A DNA stretch of 60,683 nucleotides from an uncultured bacterium (GTDB lineage: Bacteria > CAYUVA01): NCBI GenBank assembly GCA_964448115.1, contig CAYUVA010000025.1:1-60683 (forward strand), given 5' to 3'. The first letter of the stretch is position 1; every line of letters starts with the position of its first letter. Under the pieces are notes generated by a model, which saw only the letters and a list, made by a program, of their open reading frames with translations, did no database searches and had not been told where the DNA came from. Below, piece by piece: positions 18,247-29,209 of the stretch. Both the position numbers and the translations under genes were made by a program.

Positions 18247-21036
18247 ATGGTACAGGTCTATGGAAATTTCATTGAGTCGGCTGGTATATGCGACAGACTC
18301 GTTAACCAACTAATAAGCAAACCGAAGAACTTCGTTTTTTATGGTAACTATGGAATGGGAAAGACCGAAGCCCTGAAGGGTATAAAGGTGGCTTTGAAGG
18401 AGAGTAGGTCAAAGGATGTTGCCTTCTTTCCCATTTCGGTGGATCTTGGATATGTCAAGGATCTTCGGGATTTTCTGGTCAAAATTGCAGAGAGCCTTTT
18501 CCTGGAGATCGTTGAATATATCAATCCAGATCTTCGCCTAAAGATCACAGAGATCGATAAGGCGATCAAAGGCAGGAAAAATGGCTTCGAGTTCGCTGAC
18601 AAGGAATTATCCGAGCTTCTTCTGGTACTGCTTGATCTGGCAAACAGCCTTCGACCCCAGAAAACCTCTTTCTCGATCGAGTATGTGATCCCCTCACTCA
18701 GGCAGGCGGTTCTTGATGTTACTAAAAAGGTGATCCCCGCATGTATGCAACATAAGGAGAACACCAAGAGCGGTCGCTATCAGGCGGTTTTCCTTATGGA
18801 TAACCTGCATGTAGTATGGAATCTCAAGGAGATCTTCAATTCTCCGCAGGTTTTCAGCGAGCTTTTCCAGGTTGACCAAGATAAGTTATGGGACGATTCC
18901 TTTAGCTTTGTCGGTGCCTTGAATGTCCCTAGCTTCAAGTGGTTACTAGCCACCTCAGTCGTTAACCGCATGGGATTCGAGAACCTGGCGCCAGAAAGCC
19001 TTTTACTAGACCGCAGTGGCGTTAAAGAGATGGCTAAAAGGCTCTTGCTTGAAACTGGCGCTAAGGGAGAAAAGATCGATGACACGCTAGGTAAAGATGA
19101 CCTATTGGATAAGCTGTATAATGTATGCGGAGGTTATCCATACCTTCTGAAGCGTATTTTGGTCAACCTGAAAAAGAAGGATCTGGATAATCTTTCTGAG
19201 ATCATAGATGATTTCATGGAAGATACCGAGCAGGGCAAAGAGATTCTTGACAGCGTCATGGGGATGCACGGTGTTGTCAATAAGGAGATCTATTATGAGA
19301 TTCTGGTTCAATTCGTAGAGTCTCACCCCTTTTATGAAGGATTGCGTCCCAACGATTACCTGCTGGTAAAGCTGGAACAGAGACTACAGGAAGCCTTGCA
19401 GGATCAGGTCGAGTTGGTCGGTTCGAGTTCCCAGATTAAACCGTTGGAGGATCTGGCATTCTGTGGTTTTCTAAGGCGATTCCGCGTACAACAGGAGTAC
19501 AAGTACTGCTATAGACTCTCCTCAGACTACCTTGCCAACATTATCTCCAAGAACTTCGAGGTTCCCCAACCTCCCCAGATTACCCAAGAGTTGTCCTACT
19601 TCATCACCGAACAAGAGGAAAAGCTGTTTACTCAACGGAATATCGGAATGGTATTCGATAAGATGATGTCGATGACAGAGTCCTTCAAGATTGGATGGGG
19701 TGAGGAACCGGTTCTTCCCAATCCCTATGTCTTCTTGACCCTGACCAATGAGATCATCGAGTACTTCCGTGGACTACCATCAAGTCCCTTCCAGGTCTAT
19801 ATCATCAAGGGTGAAAGAGGCGTAGGAAAGAAGCTATGCGCCAGAGTGCTGCATGACCTTATTAGACCAAAGAAGCCAATTCGCTACTTCCAGTACCACA
19901 AGGACAATCCTGAACTTACCCCTATGTCTTTATCCTACGAGAGGCGTGCTGATGAGGGAAATCCGTCCATCGTCTTATTCCCCGAGGAAACGGAGCAACC
20001 CTTCCCGCCATCGAGATCCCTTGAGCTTGATCTACTCGAGGCGGTTAACTTTGGCTCAAGCGAAAAACTCAAGTTGAAAAAGAGTGAAGATGATCAGGCT
20101 CTGCTGTTTATTATAGTCGAGGATTATCCTTTTATTCTCGATAAGGATAAGCAACCGATAAAGTTCATCAACAAGGATGTTCTATCACAGTCAGCCTTGG
20201 TTCATATTCCACCTTTGAGACAAAGACCCTGGGATGTGATCCCGATTTTCTCCTTCTGGCTTAAGAAGTACGGCTTGGAGAAGCACCGAATGACCAAGGA
20301 TCTAATAGACAGCTTGCTCTATACTGCCACATGGATGGGCATCATAGAGGGCAGTCAGTACCATAATGTAGATCTACTGAAGAGAATTGCTCAGGATATC
20401 ACAAGCTCTTCTGTTCTCTCCGAGAAATTCATGCTCTCTTACGGAACCCTGAAGTACATCTATCCTGCAAAGACCTTGAATCACCTCTTCGGGCTGCGCA
20501 CCCCCATTAACGATGAGAATCTTCAGATAGTCCTGCCGATAATAATGCCTTTAAGCAAAATCAACAAGGTTAAACATATCACCGAGGCTCTATATAAGAT
20601 TGTGAAGGAAATCAAAGCCAAGCACCAAAAGAAGTATCCTGACCAGAAGATACGCGAGGATCTGGTTTCTGGTCTCATCGGTTATATGACCATCTATGAG
20701 CTGGATCACCAGGACGAGAAAGAACCTGAATGGGTACCATTAGGCTATATAACTTCTGGTTTCGGGCTTAAGCGTGGCAGCCATGGCATCCTGCTTTTAG
20801 GCAAGGAACAGATCTTCCAAAGAGAGAAGCTCATAACTCTCAAGGAAGTCAGTAAGTATAGCTTCTATAAGCTTGCCAAGCAGATCAAGGATAAGTGCTT
20901 AGCCATAGTCGGTGATGATCTGGAGACCTTCAGATTAGCGGTTAACAGGATCATGTTCACCTGGGCATGGGAATTCCGCACTCGAATCTCGGAGTCTGGA
21001 AGAAAGAAAAGAGTAAAGAAGCAGGATAAGGAATAG
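18247..21036 (+). CDS. Large double P-loop protein: STAND-like NTPase plus degenerate sigma54-activator-type AAA+ domain
   Basis: GNYGMGKT, AVFLMDN and CGGYPYLL; second module KGERGVGKKLCARVLH, HIPPLRQRPWDVIPI, W.G..NV..L. Confidence 0.7.
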   Translation: MVQVYGNFIESAGICDRLVNQLISKPKNFVFYGNYGMGKTEALKGIKVALKESRSKDVAFFPISVDLGYVKDLRDFLVKIAESLFLEIVEYINPDLRLKITEIDKAIKGRKNGFEFADKELSELLLVLLDLANSLRPQKTSFSIEYVIPSLRQAVLDVTKKVIPACMQHKENTKSGRYQAVFLMDNLHVVWNLKEIFNSPQVFSELFQVDQDKLWDDSFSFVGALNVPSFKWLLATSVVNRMGFENLAPESLLLDRSGVKEMAKRLLLETGAKGEKIDDTLGKDDLLDKLYNVCGGYPYLLKRILVNLKKKDLDNLSEIIDDFMEDTEQGKEILDSVMGMHGVVNKEIYYEILVQFVESHPFYEGLRPNDYLLVKLEQRLQEALQDQVELVGSSSQIKPLEDLAFCGFLRRFRVQQEYKYCYRLSSDYLANIISKNFEVPQPPQITQELSYFITEQEEKLFTQRNIGMVFDKMMSMTESFKIGWGEEPVLPNPYVFLTLTNEIIEYFRGLPSSPFQVYIIKGERGVGKKLCARVLHDLIRPKKPIRYFQYHKDNPELTPMSLSYERRADEGNPSIVLFPEETEQPFPPSRSLELDLLEAVNFGSSEKLKLKKSEDDQALLFIIVEDYPFILDKDKQPIKFINKDVLSQSALVHIPPLRQRPWDVIPIFSFWLKKYGLEKHRMTKDLIDSLLYTATWMGIIEGSQYHNVDLLKRIAQDITSSSVLSEKFMLSYGTLKYIYPAKTLNHLFGLRTPINDENLQIVLPIIMPLSKINKVKHITEALYKIVKEIKAKHQKKYPDQKIREDLVSGLIGYMTIYELDHQDEKEPEWVPLGYITSGFGLKRGSHGILLLGKEQIFQREKLITLKEVSKYSFYKLAKQIKDKCLAIVGDDLETFRLAVNRIMFTWAWEFRTRISESGRKKRVKKQDKE

Positions 21037-21059
21037 GCATCGCTTAAGCGATATAACTA

Positions 21060-22004
21060 TCAAACCTCATAATCCGCCAGTAGCTGGCGGCATCTTGATA
21101 AATCGTCTTTTATTTGCGCGATAAGCTCCTCCCTAGATGCAAAGGAGCGTTCACCGCGCAAAAAATCCATGAATTCGACAGTCAGGTAGTTATGGTATAT
21201 ATCAAGGGAGAAATCGAATATGTGGCTCTCAACCAGGATTCCGCTCCCATCAAATGTTGGTCTGGTGCCGACATAGCTAGCTGCCCTGAAGGGGCGGTCA
21301 AATATACGAACCATAGTTGCATATACACCGAAGCTGGGGACTAATATATCCTCTGGTCGGATATTGGCAGTCGGCACACCGTATTTTGTACCCCGTCTCT
21401 CTCCGGAGATCACCAGACCGCTTATCGAATACGGGCGATCCAATAGCCTGGCAGCGCTTCTTACATCACCCTGCTTGATCAGATTCCTGATCCTGGTACT
21501 TGAGACTATCTCATCATCCAGCCTGTAAAAATCGACCACCTCAACCTCTACCCCCATCTTTCCAGCAATATCCTTAAGTGTATCTACATTACCGCTGCGA
21601 AACTGCCCGAAGCGGTAGTTCTTGCCCACGATGATCTTGGAGGGATTGATGCGTGCAACCAGGATGTTTTTTACGAACTGCTCTGGATCCAAGGCAGCGA
21701 ACCGGGGAGTGAAGTTGATGCATAGAAAAACATCCACCCCCTCTTTTTCGATCAACCTAACCTTGTCTTGCAGCTTGGTGAGACTCTCTAATACTCGGTC
21801 TGTCTTGATGATGCGAAGGGGATGAGGGTGGAATGTTACCACAGCGCTTTTAACGCCCCTGGCTTTTGATTGCTCAATGACCCTGGAGATCAACGCTTTG
21901 TGTCCTAGGTGCACACCATCGAAATTGCCGAGGGTTATGACCGCGCCATCTAATGTACAATCGAGAGATTCTAGTCCGAAGTAGGTCTTCATCCGCTTGA
22001 TCAT
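21060..22004 (-). CDS. ribF: Bifunctional riboflavin kinase/FAD synthetase
   Basis: GNFDGVHLGH, VTFHPHP, VSSTRIR, PTAN, GTRPTF, ESHIFDF; start moved to ATG 22004, just after the upstream stop. Confidence 0.96.
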   Translation of the reverse strand: MIKRMKTYFGLESLDCTLDGAVITLGNFDGVHLGHKALISRVIEQSKARGVKSAVVTFHPHPLRIIKTDRVLESLTKLQDKVRLIEKEGVDVFLCINFTPRFAALDPEQFVKNILVARINPSKIIVGKNYRFGQFRSGNVDTLKDIAGKMGVEVEVVDFYRLDDEIVSSTRIRNLIKQGDVRSAARLLDRPYSISGLVISGERRGTKYGVPTANIRPEDILVPSFGVYATMVRIFDRPFRAASYVGTRPTFDGSGILVESHIFDFSLDIYHNYLTVEFMDFLRGERSFASREELIAQIKDDLSRCRQLLADYEV

Positions 22005-22005
22005 A

Positions 22006-22374
22006 TTACTGATAGGAGCAGTCCTCCTGGTAAACCACCACTCCGTAGTCCTCAGTGCCATTGACATAGATCACCTTTTCAAGGATCAAATCAGCGTTGG
22101 AACCTTCAATGCTCTTGTAAATCTCGATAGCATGTTCACCAAGGGGGAGTTGATATGAAAAAATACCCGCCGATTGTGATGATGGAGGTAGCTCAATAAG
22201 GAAAGCATCATCGAAATAGACATTAAGATAACATTCGCTTTGATTGTTAATAAAAAGCTCACTAATGCCGTTGTCATCGGAGTTTACATCCCAATAATTA
22301 CAGGAAAGGATCATGGTAGTGTATGCAGCGAGCGCAACCAACAAAGCACCCATCTTTTTTACATTGCTAACCAT
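22006..22374 (-). CDS. Small hypothetical lipoprotein
   Basis: Lipobox-like MILSC after a KK-hydrophobic leader. Confidence 0.65.
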   Translation of the reverse strand: MVSNVKKMGALLVALAAYTTMILSCNYWDVNSDDNGISELFINNQSECYLNVYFDDAFLIELPPSSQSAGIFSYQLPLGEHAIEIYKSIEGSNADLILEKVIYVNGTEDYGVVVYQEDCSYQ

Positions 22375-22450
22375 AATGTATAGTCGGTCATTTAACCTAC
22401 AAGATCATCCTCTTCAAGTCAAGATTAATGAAGATCCCATCAACTTGTAA

Positions 22451-22861
22451 TCACGCAACTGGCATTCTATTCAAGAATTCCACTAAATCAGGAGGTAATG
22501 GTACAGCCTTGCCAGATTTATCTATTATGGTCAGAACAGCAAGCCCATCCGAGACAAGTTCTCTGCGTTGATTGTGTATGGTAAATGCCAAGGTGAAGCT
22601 CTTGTTTCCTCGTTTTGCAAGGCGATGTTCGATAGTCAATTCATCACCGAAACATGCCTCCTTGCGATAGTTTATCTCGATTCGAACAAGCATATACATC
22701 ATCCCTTTCTTAAGGCTTTCCTCCATTACCATCTGGTGATCCATTAAAAGATCCACTCGCGCTTTTTCGAGATAGTTTAGATAAATCGCATTATTAACAT
22801 GCCTAAAAGCATCCAGCTCGTAGCTTCTAACCTTGATCTTGGTGATGTTGTTAACCTTCAT
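22451..22861 (-). CDS. Acyl-CoA thioesterase, 4HBT/YbgC hot-dog family
   Basis: VRSYELDAFRHVNNAIYLNYLEKAR motif. Confidence 0.88.
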   Translation of the reverse strand: MKVNNITKIKVRSYELDAFRHVNNAIYLNYLEKARVDLLMDHQMVMEESLKKGMMYMLVRIEINYRKEACFGDELTIEHRLAKRGNKSFTLAFTIHNQRRELVSDGLAVLTIIDKSGKAVPLPPDLVEFLNRMPVA

Positions 22862-22883
22862 TTTCTCTATTCCACTGCTCGAT

Positions 22884-25514
22884 CTAGTCAATATTATCGG
22901 TTGAGGATTTGTTATTTCCCAGATTACCTACTGTAATAATCGTATAATCCACATCCTTGAGTTGCTGCATAGTTATAGCGGATACTTCATTAGCGCTCAC
23001 CCGGTCAATCCTCTGGAGAAGTTTTAACCAGAAATCGTATCCCAGCCCCAGTGTTTCCCAGGTTGCATAGGTGATTGCCAGGAAGCGGCTGTCATCCAGG
23101 TTTCTCTTTAGCTTGCCTATCAACCTCAGTCGGGCATCCTCAACCTCCTTCGAGGTTGGCGGCTCGGTAACCAATTTTTCCAGTTCCCCTAGGGTAAGCT
23201 GCCTTGCTTTCTGAAGGTTCTCCCCCCGACAACCTAAGAAAATATGGAAAATCCCGAAATCCTCATAAGTATGGTAGCGAGCAGCAATATGATAAGCGAG
23301 ACCATGGTCTTCACGGATGCTCCACAGCCTAGGTTTCTCAGCATTATTCAGGATCTCCACCAAAACCAGCATTGCAGGATATTGAGATGCCTTATAACCG
23401 AACGTCTTACAGCCTATGTGCAACCAGGCTAATTCTTTATCCTTGGGTATATCCATGTCCTTTGAACTGAACCGGGGTACCTGCAAAGTCCGGGTTGTTT
23501 TACCCCCTTGTTGTCCCTCTGGAAGCGCAGTCCAGATACGATGGATAGAATTGCTCATGGACTCTATGTCAAAATCGCCGACCACCGCAATAGCACTGCC
23601 AGATGCTTTGAAATAACTCTCATAGTGATTAGCAAGGTCTTGGGATGAAATGGTTTTAACCTGATCTTCATAACCGATTATCGGATTACCATAGGGACTA
23701 TTCGGCAGAAGGTTCTGGAAAAACAGGTCATTAGAGTGAAGATAGAGGTCATCTTTCCTGCCGATTAACTCAGAGATCAAAGCATCCTTTTCAATCTTAA
23801 CCTCATTTGTTGAGAAAGTCGGATCAAGCAACAGCTCTGACCAGAGGCTGAAAGCCTCATCAAAAGCATCGCTGGTGGCTTTCAAGGTGAAGCTCGAATT
23901 CTCTCTGGAGGTGTCCGAGTCGACCTGCACGCCAAGCGCATCGAATCTCTCAGCAACCTTTTGTGCAGAGAGCTTGTCTGTCTCGTTAAGCAGCATATTA
24001 TTTAAAAAGTTGCTCATGCCGGCTTTACCCGGTGGATCATCAACTGATCCGTACCTGGCAGCTAGTGCGCAACTTATGATCCCACAGCCTGGTTTAGGTT
24101 GGAGCACTATCCTTAAACCATTGGGGAGTACAAAATGCTTAAATCCTGAATTATCATCATTATTAGATCTGTTATTGTGGTGGTTTATTGAGGGATTCTC
24201 TTTGGGTATCACCTGGGTAAATATCGCTTTTTGGGGCAATAAACACTCATTTACTGCCTTTGTTATCTCTTCAGGGGTAACCGTTAGGATCATTTTCTCG
24301 TAATCCTTGTAAATATCGAGTGCGTCATACTGTGCAAAACCTGCTATTTCATCGCAGCGATCGTAGAACCTTTCCTTGCTGAAGGACCATCTTGCGATTG
24401 CTTTATTTTTTACTTTTTTTAGCTCCTTTAGTGATACTGGTTTGCTGGCCAATATCTCAAACTGCCTGTCAAGCTCCTTTTTAAGGACATTGAGATCGGT
24501 CGGCTCAACATCACCGCTGAGCACAAAGATGCTCGCATTACCGATTAAAGGATAGAAATCGACCTCAATATCAGGTACCAGTCGTAATTGTCTAACCAAA
24601 CGCTTGTATAGTCGGCTGCTCTCTCCATCAGCCATGATGATAGAGGCTAGTAGTAGTGGGAAATAGCTTGAGTCCCTCAGTCCGGGGCACCTGAAGCCAT
24701 AGCGGAAATAGGCTCTGTTAACCTCCATGGAAGCCTCTGCAAATAAGCACTTAGGTTGCTTTTCAACTGGCGGTATCTGGGGAACCTGGTTCTTCATGCT
24801 TGAGCCAACCGTCTCATAGAGCTGTCGCACCACCCCAATAACATCCTTTTCCTTTATGTCGCCGACTATGGTGAGGATCATATTTGAGGGCACATAATAG
24901 GTATAGAAGTATTCGAGTATCCTTTCTCTGCTTATCTTTGAGATTACCTCTTCGTAGCCTATAACCGGATGAGCATAAGGGTGTTGCCAAAAGGCGATCT
25001 CAAAGAAAAGCCGCTCGCAGACATCGGAAGGCTCATCATTGTACATGGAGATCTCCTCTAACACCACCTTGCGTTCCTTTTCCAGCTCATCAGGCGGGAA
25101 GGTACTATTCAGTATCATGTCAGCATGTATCTCAAGAGCCTCCTTCCAGAAGCTGGAGATTGCGAATAGCTCGAAGTGCGTGGCGCAGTTATGCGTGTAG
25201 GCGTTGAAGTAACCTCCACAACGCATGGCATCAGCGTTCAATTGATCAGCGGTTCGGTGGGTAGTTCCCTTGAAAAGCAGGTGCTCAATGAAATGCGATA
25301 CTCCAGCTACATCGTCTGACTCATTGCCGGAGCCTACAGATATGCTCATGTTGATAGCGACCAACTCAGCAGAGTGATCCGGCTGAATAAGAACCCTTAG
25401 TCCGTTTTGTAGTCTATATTCAACGATATCTCTAACCAATTGTTCAGCACTCGCCCTGAAAACCGATACCAGAATGCAGGTCATCAAGCAACCGCCAAGT
25501 AGCAGATTTTTCAT
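22884..25514 (-). CDS. Secreted M16 (pitrilysin-family) zinc peptidase, two-lobed
   Basis: GVSHFIEHLLFKGT (HxxEH), NAYT, EKERKVVLEE; second inactive lobe starting LPNGLR. Confidence 0.92.
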   Translation of the reverse strand: MKNLLLGGCLMTCILVSVFRASAEQLVRDIVEYRLQNGLRVLIQPDHSAELVAINMSISVGSGNESDDVAGVSHFIEHLLFKGTTHRTADQLNADAMRCGGYFNAYTHNCATHFELFAISSFWKEALEIHADMILNSTFPPDELEKERKVVLEEISMYNDEPSDVCERLFFEIAFWQHPYAHPVIGYEEVISKISRERILEYFYTYYVPSNMILTIVGDIKEKDVIGVVRQLYETVGSSMKNQVPQIPPVEKQPKCLFAEASMEVNRAYFRYGFRCPGLRDSSYFPLLLASIIMADGESSRLYKRLVRQLRLVPDIEVDFYPLIGNASIFVLSGDVEPTDLNVLKKELDRQFEILASKPVSLKELKKVKNKAIARWSFSKERFYDRCDEIAGFAQYDALDIYKDYEKMILTVTPEEITKAVNECLLPQKAIFTQVIPKENPSINHHNNRSNNDDNSGFKHFVLPNGLRIVLQPKPGCGIISCALAARYGSVDDPPGKAGMSNFLNNMLLNETDKLSAQKVAERFDALGVQVDSDTSRENSSFTLKATSDAFDEAFSLWSELLLDPTFSTNEVKIEKDALISELIGRKDDLYLHSNDLFFQNLLPNSPYGNPIIGYEDQVKTISSQDLANHYESYFKASGSAIAVVGDFDIESMSNSIHRIWTALPEGQQGGKTTRTLQVPRFSSKDMDIPKDKELAWLHIGCKTFGYKASQYPAMLVLVEILNNAEKPRLWSIREDHGLAYHIAARYHTYEDFGIFHIFLGCRGENLQKARQLTLGELEKLVTEPPTSKEVEDARLRLIGKLKRNLDDSRFLAITYATWETLGLGYDFWLKLLQRIDRVSANEVSAITMQQLKDVDYTIITVGNLGNNKSSTDNID

Positions 25515-26407
25515 ATTACAATAATCCTTTTCTCAAGACTTCCCTTCCATTTTCCATAGATGAAAGCTGAATACCAGATCAAGTCATAAAGATGATCATA
25601 ATAAGAGGTTGCTGAAAAAAAACCTCCAATAAGCCCAAGTAATGCCCTGCGCACCGCCGAGTATGATTTCCAGTCGATCCAGATTCGTTTGTTATATGTC
25701 TTGTAAAGATGAATCGACATCAGCTCAGCGGTTCCATAACCATACTGGAAGCCCTGATTATAAAGCGCAGTAGTCGTGGTTCGGTGCTTGTGATAAACTA
25801 CCGCATCAGGGATATATTTCAAGGATAGACCGGCAGCCTGCAAGCGCCAGCAGAGATCCGCATCGCCCGAGATGGCTAAAGAATCGTCAAACAACCCGAC
25901 CTTGGAGAAAACATCTGCTTGGAAAGCTACATTGGCAGTTACGAAAAAAGGCTTTGAATAGGGCATATTCATGTACATGAACCTTTGTCTCAATATCCCT
26001 TTATTATCAATATACCTTTCCACTGGATTGGTGATATCATAAGGGAGGATCTCTCCTCCGCAGGCGGCGACTCCGTTATCTTCGAATCCGACAAGCAAAC
26101 TCTCAAGCCAGTCCGCACGCGGATAACAGTCAGAGTCCGTGAAGGCTACATATCGGTATCGATCATCCAACTGTAAGATGCCTGCATTCCTGGCTGCATA
26201 AGCTCCTTTTTTAGTCTCGATTATAACTCTGACCCCCATCCTAGCAGCGAGCAAAGCCGTGTCATCCTCTGAGTCATTATCTACCACAATGATATCTGCC
26301 GGCTTTAGCTCCAATGTTTGGGAAAGCAATCCCTCAATGGTGCCTTTTATTGTCTCCGAGGCATTATAAGCGGGAACAATAATTGCGACTCTATTTATCA
26401 TGGTCAA
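25511..26407 (-). CDS. Glycosyltransferase family 2
   Basis: IIVPAYN, VVDNDSED, ARNAG, FTDSD, GDADLCWR. Confidence 0.9.
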   Translation of the reverse strand: MTMINRVAIIVPAYNASETIKGTIEGLLSQTLELKPADIIVVDNDSEDDTALLAARMGVRVIIETKKGAYAARNAGILQLDDRYRYVAFTDSDCYPRADWLESLLVGFEDNGVAACGGEILPYDITNPVERYIDNKGILRQRFMYMNMPYSKPFFVTANVAFQADVFSKVGLFDDSLAISGDADLCWRLQAAGLSLKYIPDAVVYHKHRTTTTALYNQGFQYGYGTAELMSIHLYKTYNKRIWIDWKSYSAVRRALLGLIGGFFSATSYYDHLYDLIWYSAFIYGKWKGSLEKRIIVI

Positions 26408-27921
26408 TGGGATCTCAATGTCGAGGTCTTCCTGGATCTGTTCTTAAATGCAAAGAAGATGCCGATCATTGCAACCGCCGGCAAGGCAATAGCAAGATCT
26501 AGAAGCACTCGAAATGGTTTGCAAAAGAGCAATAATGAAAGTCTCAGAATTCGCTTATTGGGTGTAAAATAAGCCGCCTTATTAGTATCTTTAATCTCCA
26601 AATAATGTCGAGGTCTTCCAAGTATCCCTAGGGTTCTATAGAACAGATGATCTCCTGCATCTGAAGAGCTGAGAGGAAGGATAAAAGCCTCGATGGCATC
26701 ATCTCTCATCGCCTTAGCTAGTTTAGTCAGCCTTGAATATTTTGAGCTACCGTAAATATCTGGATCTATAATCTCAACATCGGCTGGCAAATTATCAAGG
26801 TTCTCCCTCTCACTGCTGGTCATCAATACATGCACTGTACAATCGGAGCCAAGAGGACTCTTGTTCAGTATCTCGATCAGCCTATTAAAATCGTGTTCCG
26901 GGTAAGTAAAGGGGATATAAATTTTGCCAGAAAGAATGCCAAAAGAGATATCCTCGATATCTCCACTCAATCGTTTCTTATCGATGCCTCTTAATTTGGC
27001 AAATTCGATTATCGCTGCCTGGCAATCTGATAAAAAGATAATAAATGTTAGTATGAGCTGTACCAAAGAAGGTCTGATTGCTATATCGTGGTGGGCAGAC
27101 TTGATAAACTGGGAGAACATTATAACTAGAACCTTTTGTAGTCCACCGGCTCTGTTCTTCCAGGTGGCTTTAGCTGCGCCGGCATGGTATCTTCGGCTCA
27201 TGCTTATAAGTGTCCCCACTTTATCACTTCGCTGATGTAAGGCTATTGCGTTTGGATTGTAGGCAAGCCTGTATCCATAAGCCCGAATTCTGAAGGCGAT
27301 ATCTACATCCTCCGCATTAGTGGCAAACTGTGGATCGAAACCAGCGACCTTTTCTAGTATGCTCTTGCGGTATGCACTGGCTCCCCCGAATATGAATGGA
27401 ACATCATCTAACTGCTCTAAGCCCCATGTTTGCGCATCATAGTGCCAGGCTCTCCAGCGGTCTGCAATGGTTTTCAATTCCCCCTCCACGAGCCTCCCTC
27501 CTACACCGGCTATGCAAACGGCATCGAAACTCTCGACAAGATTCTCAATGTAGTCGTTCTTAGGATAGGCATCAGAATCGACAAAGACAATTATCTCACC
27601 TAAAGCAGACTCGATTATACTGTTTCGAGCGGCGGCGACTCCAAGATTTCGCTCATGCCGTATCAGCTTGATATCTTCGTTGTCCCCTGTATCAATGGTA
27701 ATCCTTGGCTTGGAGCCGTCATCGACTATTATTATCTGGGTCGGCGGATATGATTGCTCTGCAAGAGCCTCTAAGATCCTGCTGATATGCCTTTGACAGT
27801 TAAAGCAAGGGATTCCAACCGTAACCTGTATCCTGGTATCAATCATCGCAGCATGTTTTATTTTAGCTTTTATTACGCTCTTGTCCATTTTTTTAATATT
27901 CAGAATTCCCTGCAAGGGCAA
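26404..27921 (-). CDS. Glycosyltransferase family 2 with C-terminal extension and TM segments
   Basis: IPCFN, VDDGS, ARN, FVDSD, EDVDIAFR. Confidence 0.88.
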   Translation of the reverse strand: MPLQGILNIKKMDKSVIKAKIKHAAMIDTRIQVTVGIPCFNCQRHISRILEALAEQSYPPTQIIIVDDGSKPRITIDTGDNEDIKLIRHERNLGVAAARNSIIESALGEIIVFVDSDAYPKNDYIENLVESFDAVCIAGVGGRLVEGELKTIADRWRAWHYDAQTWGLEQLDDVPFIFGGASAYRKSILEKVAGFDPQFATNAEDVDIAFRIRAYGYRLAYNPNAIALHQRSDKVGTLISMSRRYHAGAAKATWKNRAGGLQKVLVIMFSQFIKSAHHDIAIRPSLVQLILTFIIFLSDCQAAIIEFAKLRGIDKKRLSGDIEDISFGILSGKIYIPFTYPEHDFNRLIEILNKSPLGSDCTVHVLMTSSERENLDNLPADVEIIDPDIYGSSKYSRLTKLAKAMRDDAIEAFILPLSSSDAGDHLFYRTLGILGRPRHYLEIKDTNKAAYFTPNKRILRLSLLLFCKPFRVLLDLAIALPAVAMIGIFFAFKNRSRKTSTLRSH

Positions 27922-28043
27922 ATCTCATAAAGGAAATTGCCTTTGATCAAGCCAGAGAGATTAGGTAGGGGCAGTTTGCCTTGTGCTGCCAATCTGATAT
28001 ACTTTCTCTGCTTGGACAAACATGTTGAAACAGAGGTTGACAA

Positions 28044-29174
28044 ATGGCTGATATCAAGAAACTAATCGATGTACTGTTCGACCACTCCCTGAAGATCAAA
28101 GAAGGCGAATGGCTGTTAATTGAGGGTACCGGTACCTGTGCGCTCCCCTTGATGGAAGAGTTGATGCATGAAGCCCACAAGCGCGGGGTGAGACCATTTT
28201 ATCGCATCAGCGATGGTCGTCTCAACGAGGTCTATATAAGAAGCGCTGATGAGGAGATGCTCAAGACCGATCAACAAGCCCAATTGACATTGATGGAAAA
28301 GATAGACTGTTGGATTGGCATTCGCGGTATCGAGAACATCTATGCGCTGAAGAATGTGGATGAAAAGAGCCTCCTGCTTTATAATCAGATGATCACCGAA
28401 CCGGTGCATCTTAATGTGAGGACAAAGAAACGCTGGGTGCTTCTCAATTATCCTTCTCCTTCGTTAGCTCAATCGACAAAAATGACTACTCGTGAGTATG
28501 AGGAGCTTTGGCTCAAGTCAAGCGCTCTCAATTATTCAAGGCTTAGAGAGCTTGCGGCGCCTTTAGAGGAGCTATTCGAGAAGACCGATCAGGTGCATAT
28601 AAAAAGTAGCCGCATGGACTTCAAGCTTAGCATTAGCGGAATGCCTTATGAGCTTTGCGTGGGTGAGAAGAATATCCCTGATGGCGAGATTTTTACTGCT
28701 CCCGTGCTTGATACTCCAAGCGGCGAGTACTTCTGCCAGGCGACCAATTTCCACTCCGGAAATGAATGGTCTGGGATCCGCTTCAAGTTCGAGAAGGGCA
28801 AGGTGGTGGAGATCGACTGCGAGACCGGCAATGTAAACAAGCTAAGAAGGCTTATCTTCGACACGCCAGGCGCACAATACATCGGCGAGTTCGCCCTCGG
28901 TTTCAATCCATATATTCGCAATCCCTCAGCGGACGGGCTTTTCACCGAAAAGGTCGCCGGCTCATTCCATACGGCATTGGGCAACAGCTACGAAGACTGC
29001 GGAAATGGCAACAAATCACCCATTCACTGGGATATAGTAAATATTCTGACTCCAGAGTTCGGCGGAGGGGAGATATACTTCGATGGAGTCCTCATCCAAA
29101 AAGATGGTAAGTTTGTCCTCCCTGAACTTGAGGTATTGAACCCTGATAAGCTAGTTGTCGAGCTTGAGAAATAA
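28044..29174 (+). CDS. Aminopeptidase, M29 (AmpS/aminopeptidase T) family
   Basis: NIPDGEIFTAP, GEFALG, EK..GSFHTALG, SPIHWD. Confidence 0.92.
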   Translation: MADIKKLIDVLFDHSLKIKEGEWLLIEGTGTCALPLMEELMHEAHKRGVRPFYRISDGRLNEVYIRSADEEMLKTDQQAQLTLMEKIDCWIGIRGIENIYALKNVDEKSLLLYNQMITEPVHLNVRTKKRWVLLNYPSPSLAQSTKMTTREYEELWLKSSALNYSRLRELAAPLEELFEKTDQVHIKSSRMDFKLSISGMPYELCVGEKNIPDGEIFTAPVLDTPSGEYFCQATNFHSGNEWSGIRFKFEKGKVVEIDCETGNVNKLRRLIFDTPGAQYIGEFALGFNPYIRNPSADGLFTEKVAGSFHTALGNSYEDCGNGNKSPIHWDIVNILTPEFGGGEIYFDGVLIQKDGKFVLPELEVLNPDKLVVELEK

Positions 29175-29209
29175 GCTAATCCCTTAATATAAAAGAATAT
29201 TTTTAATCG

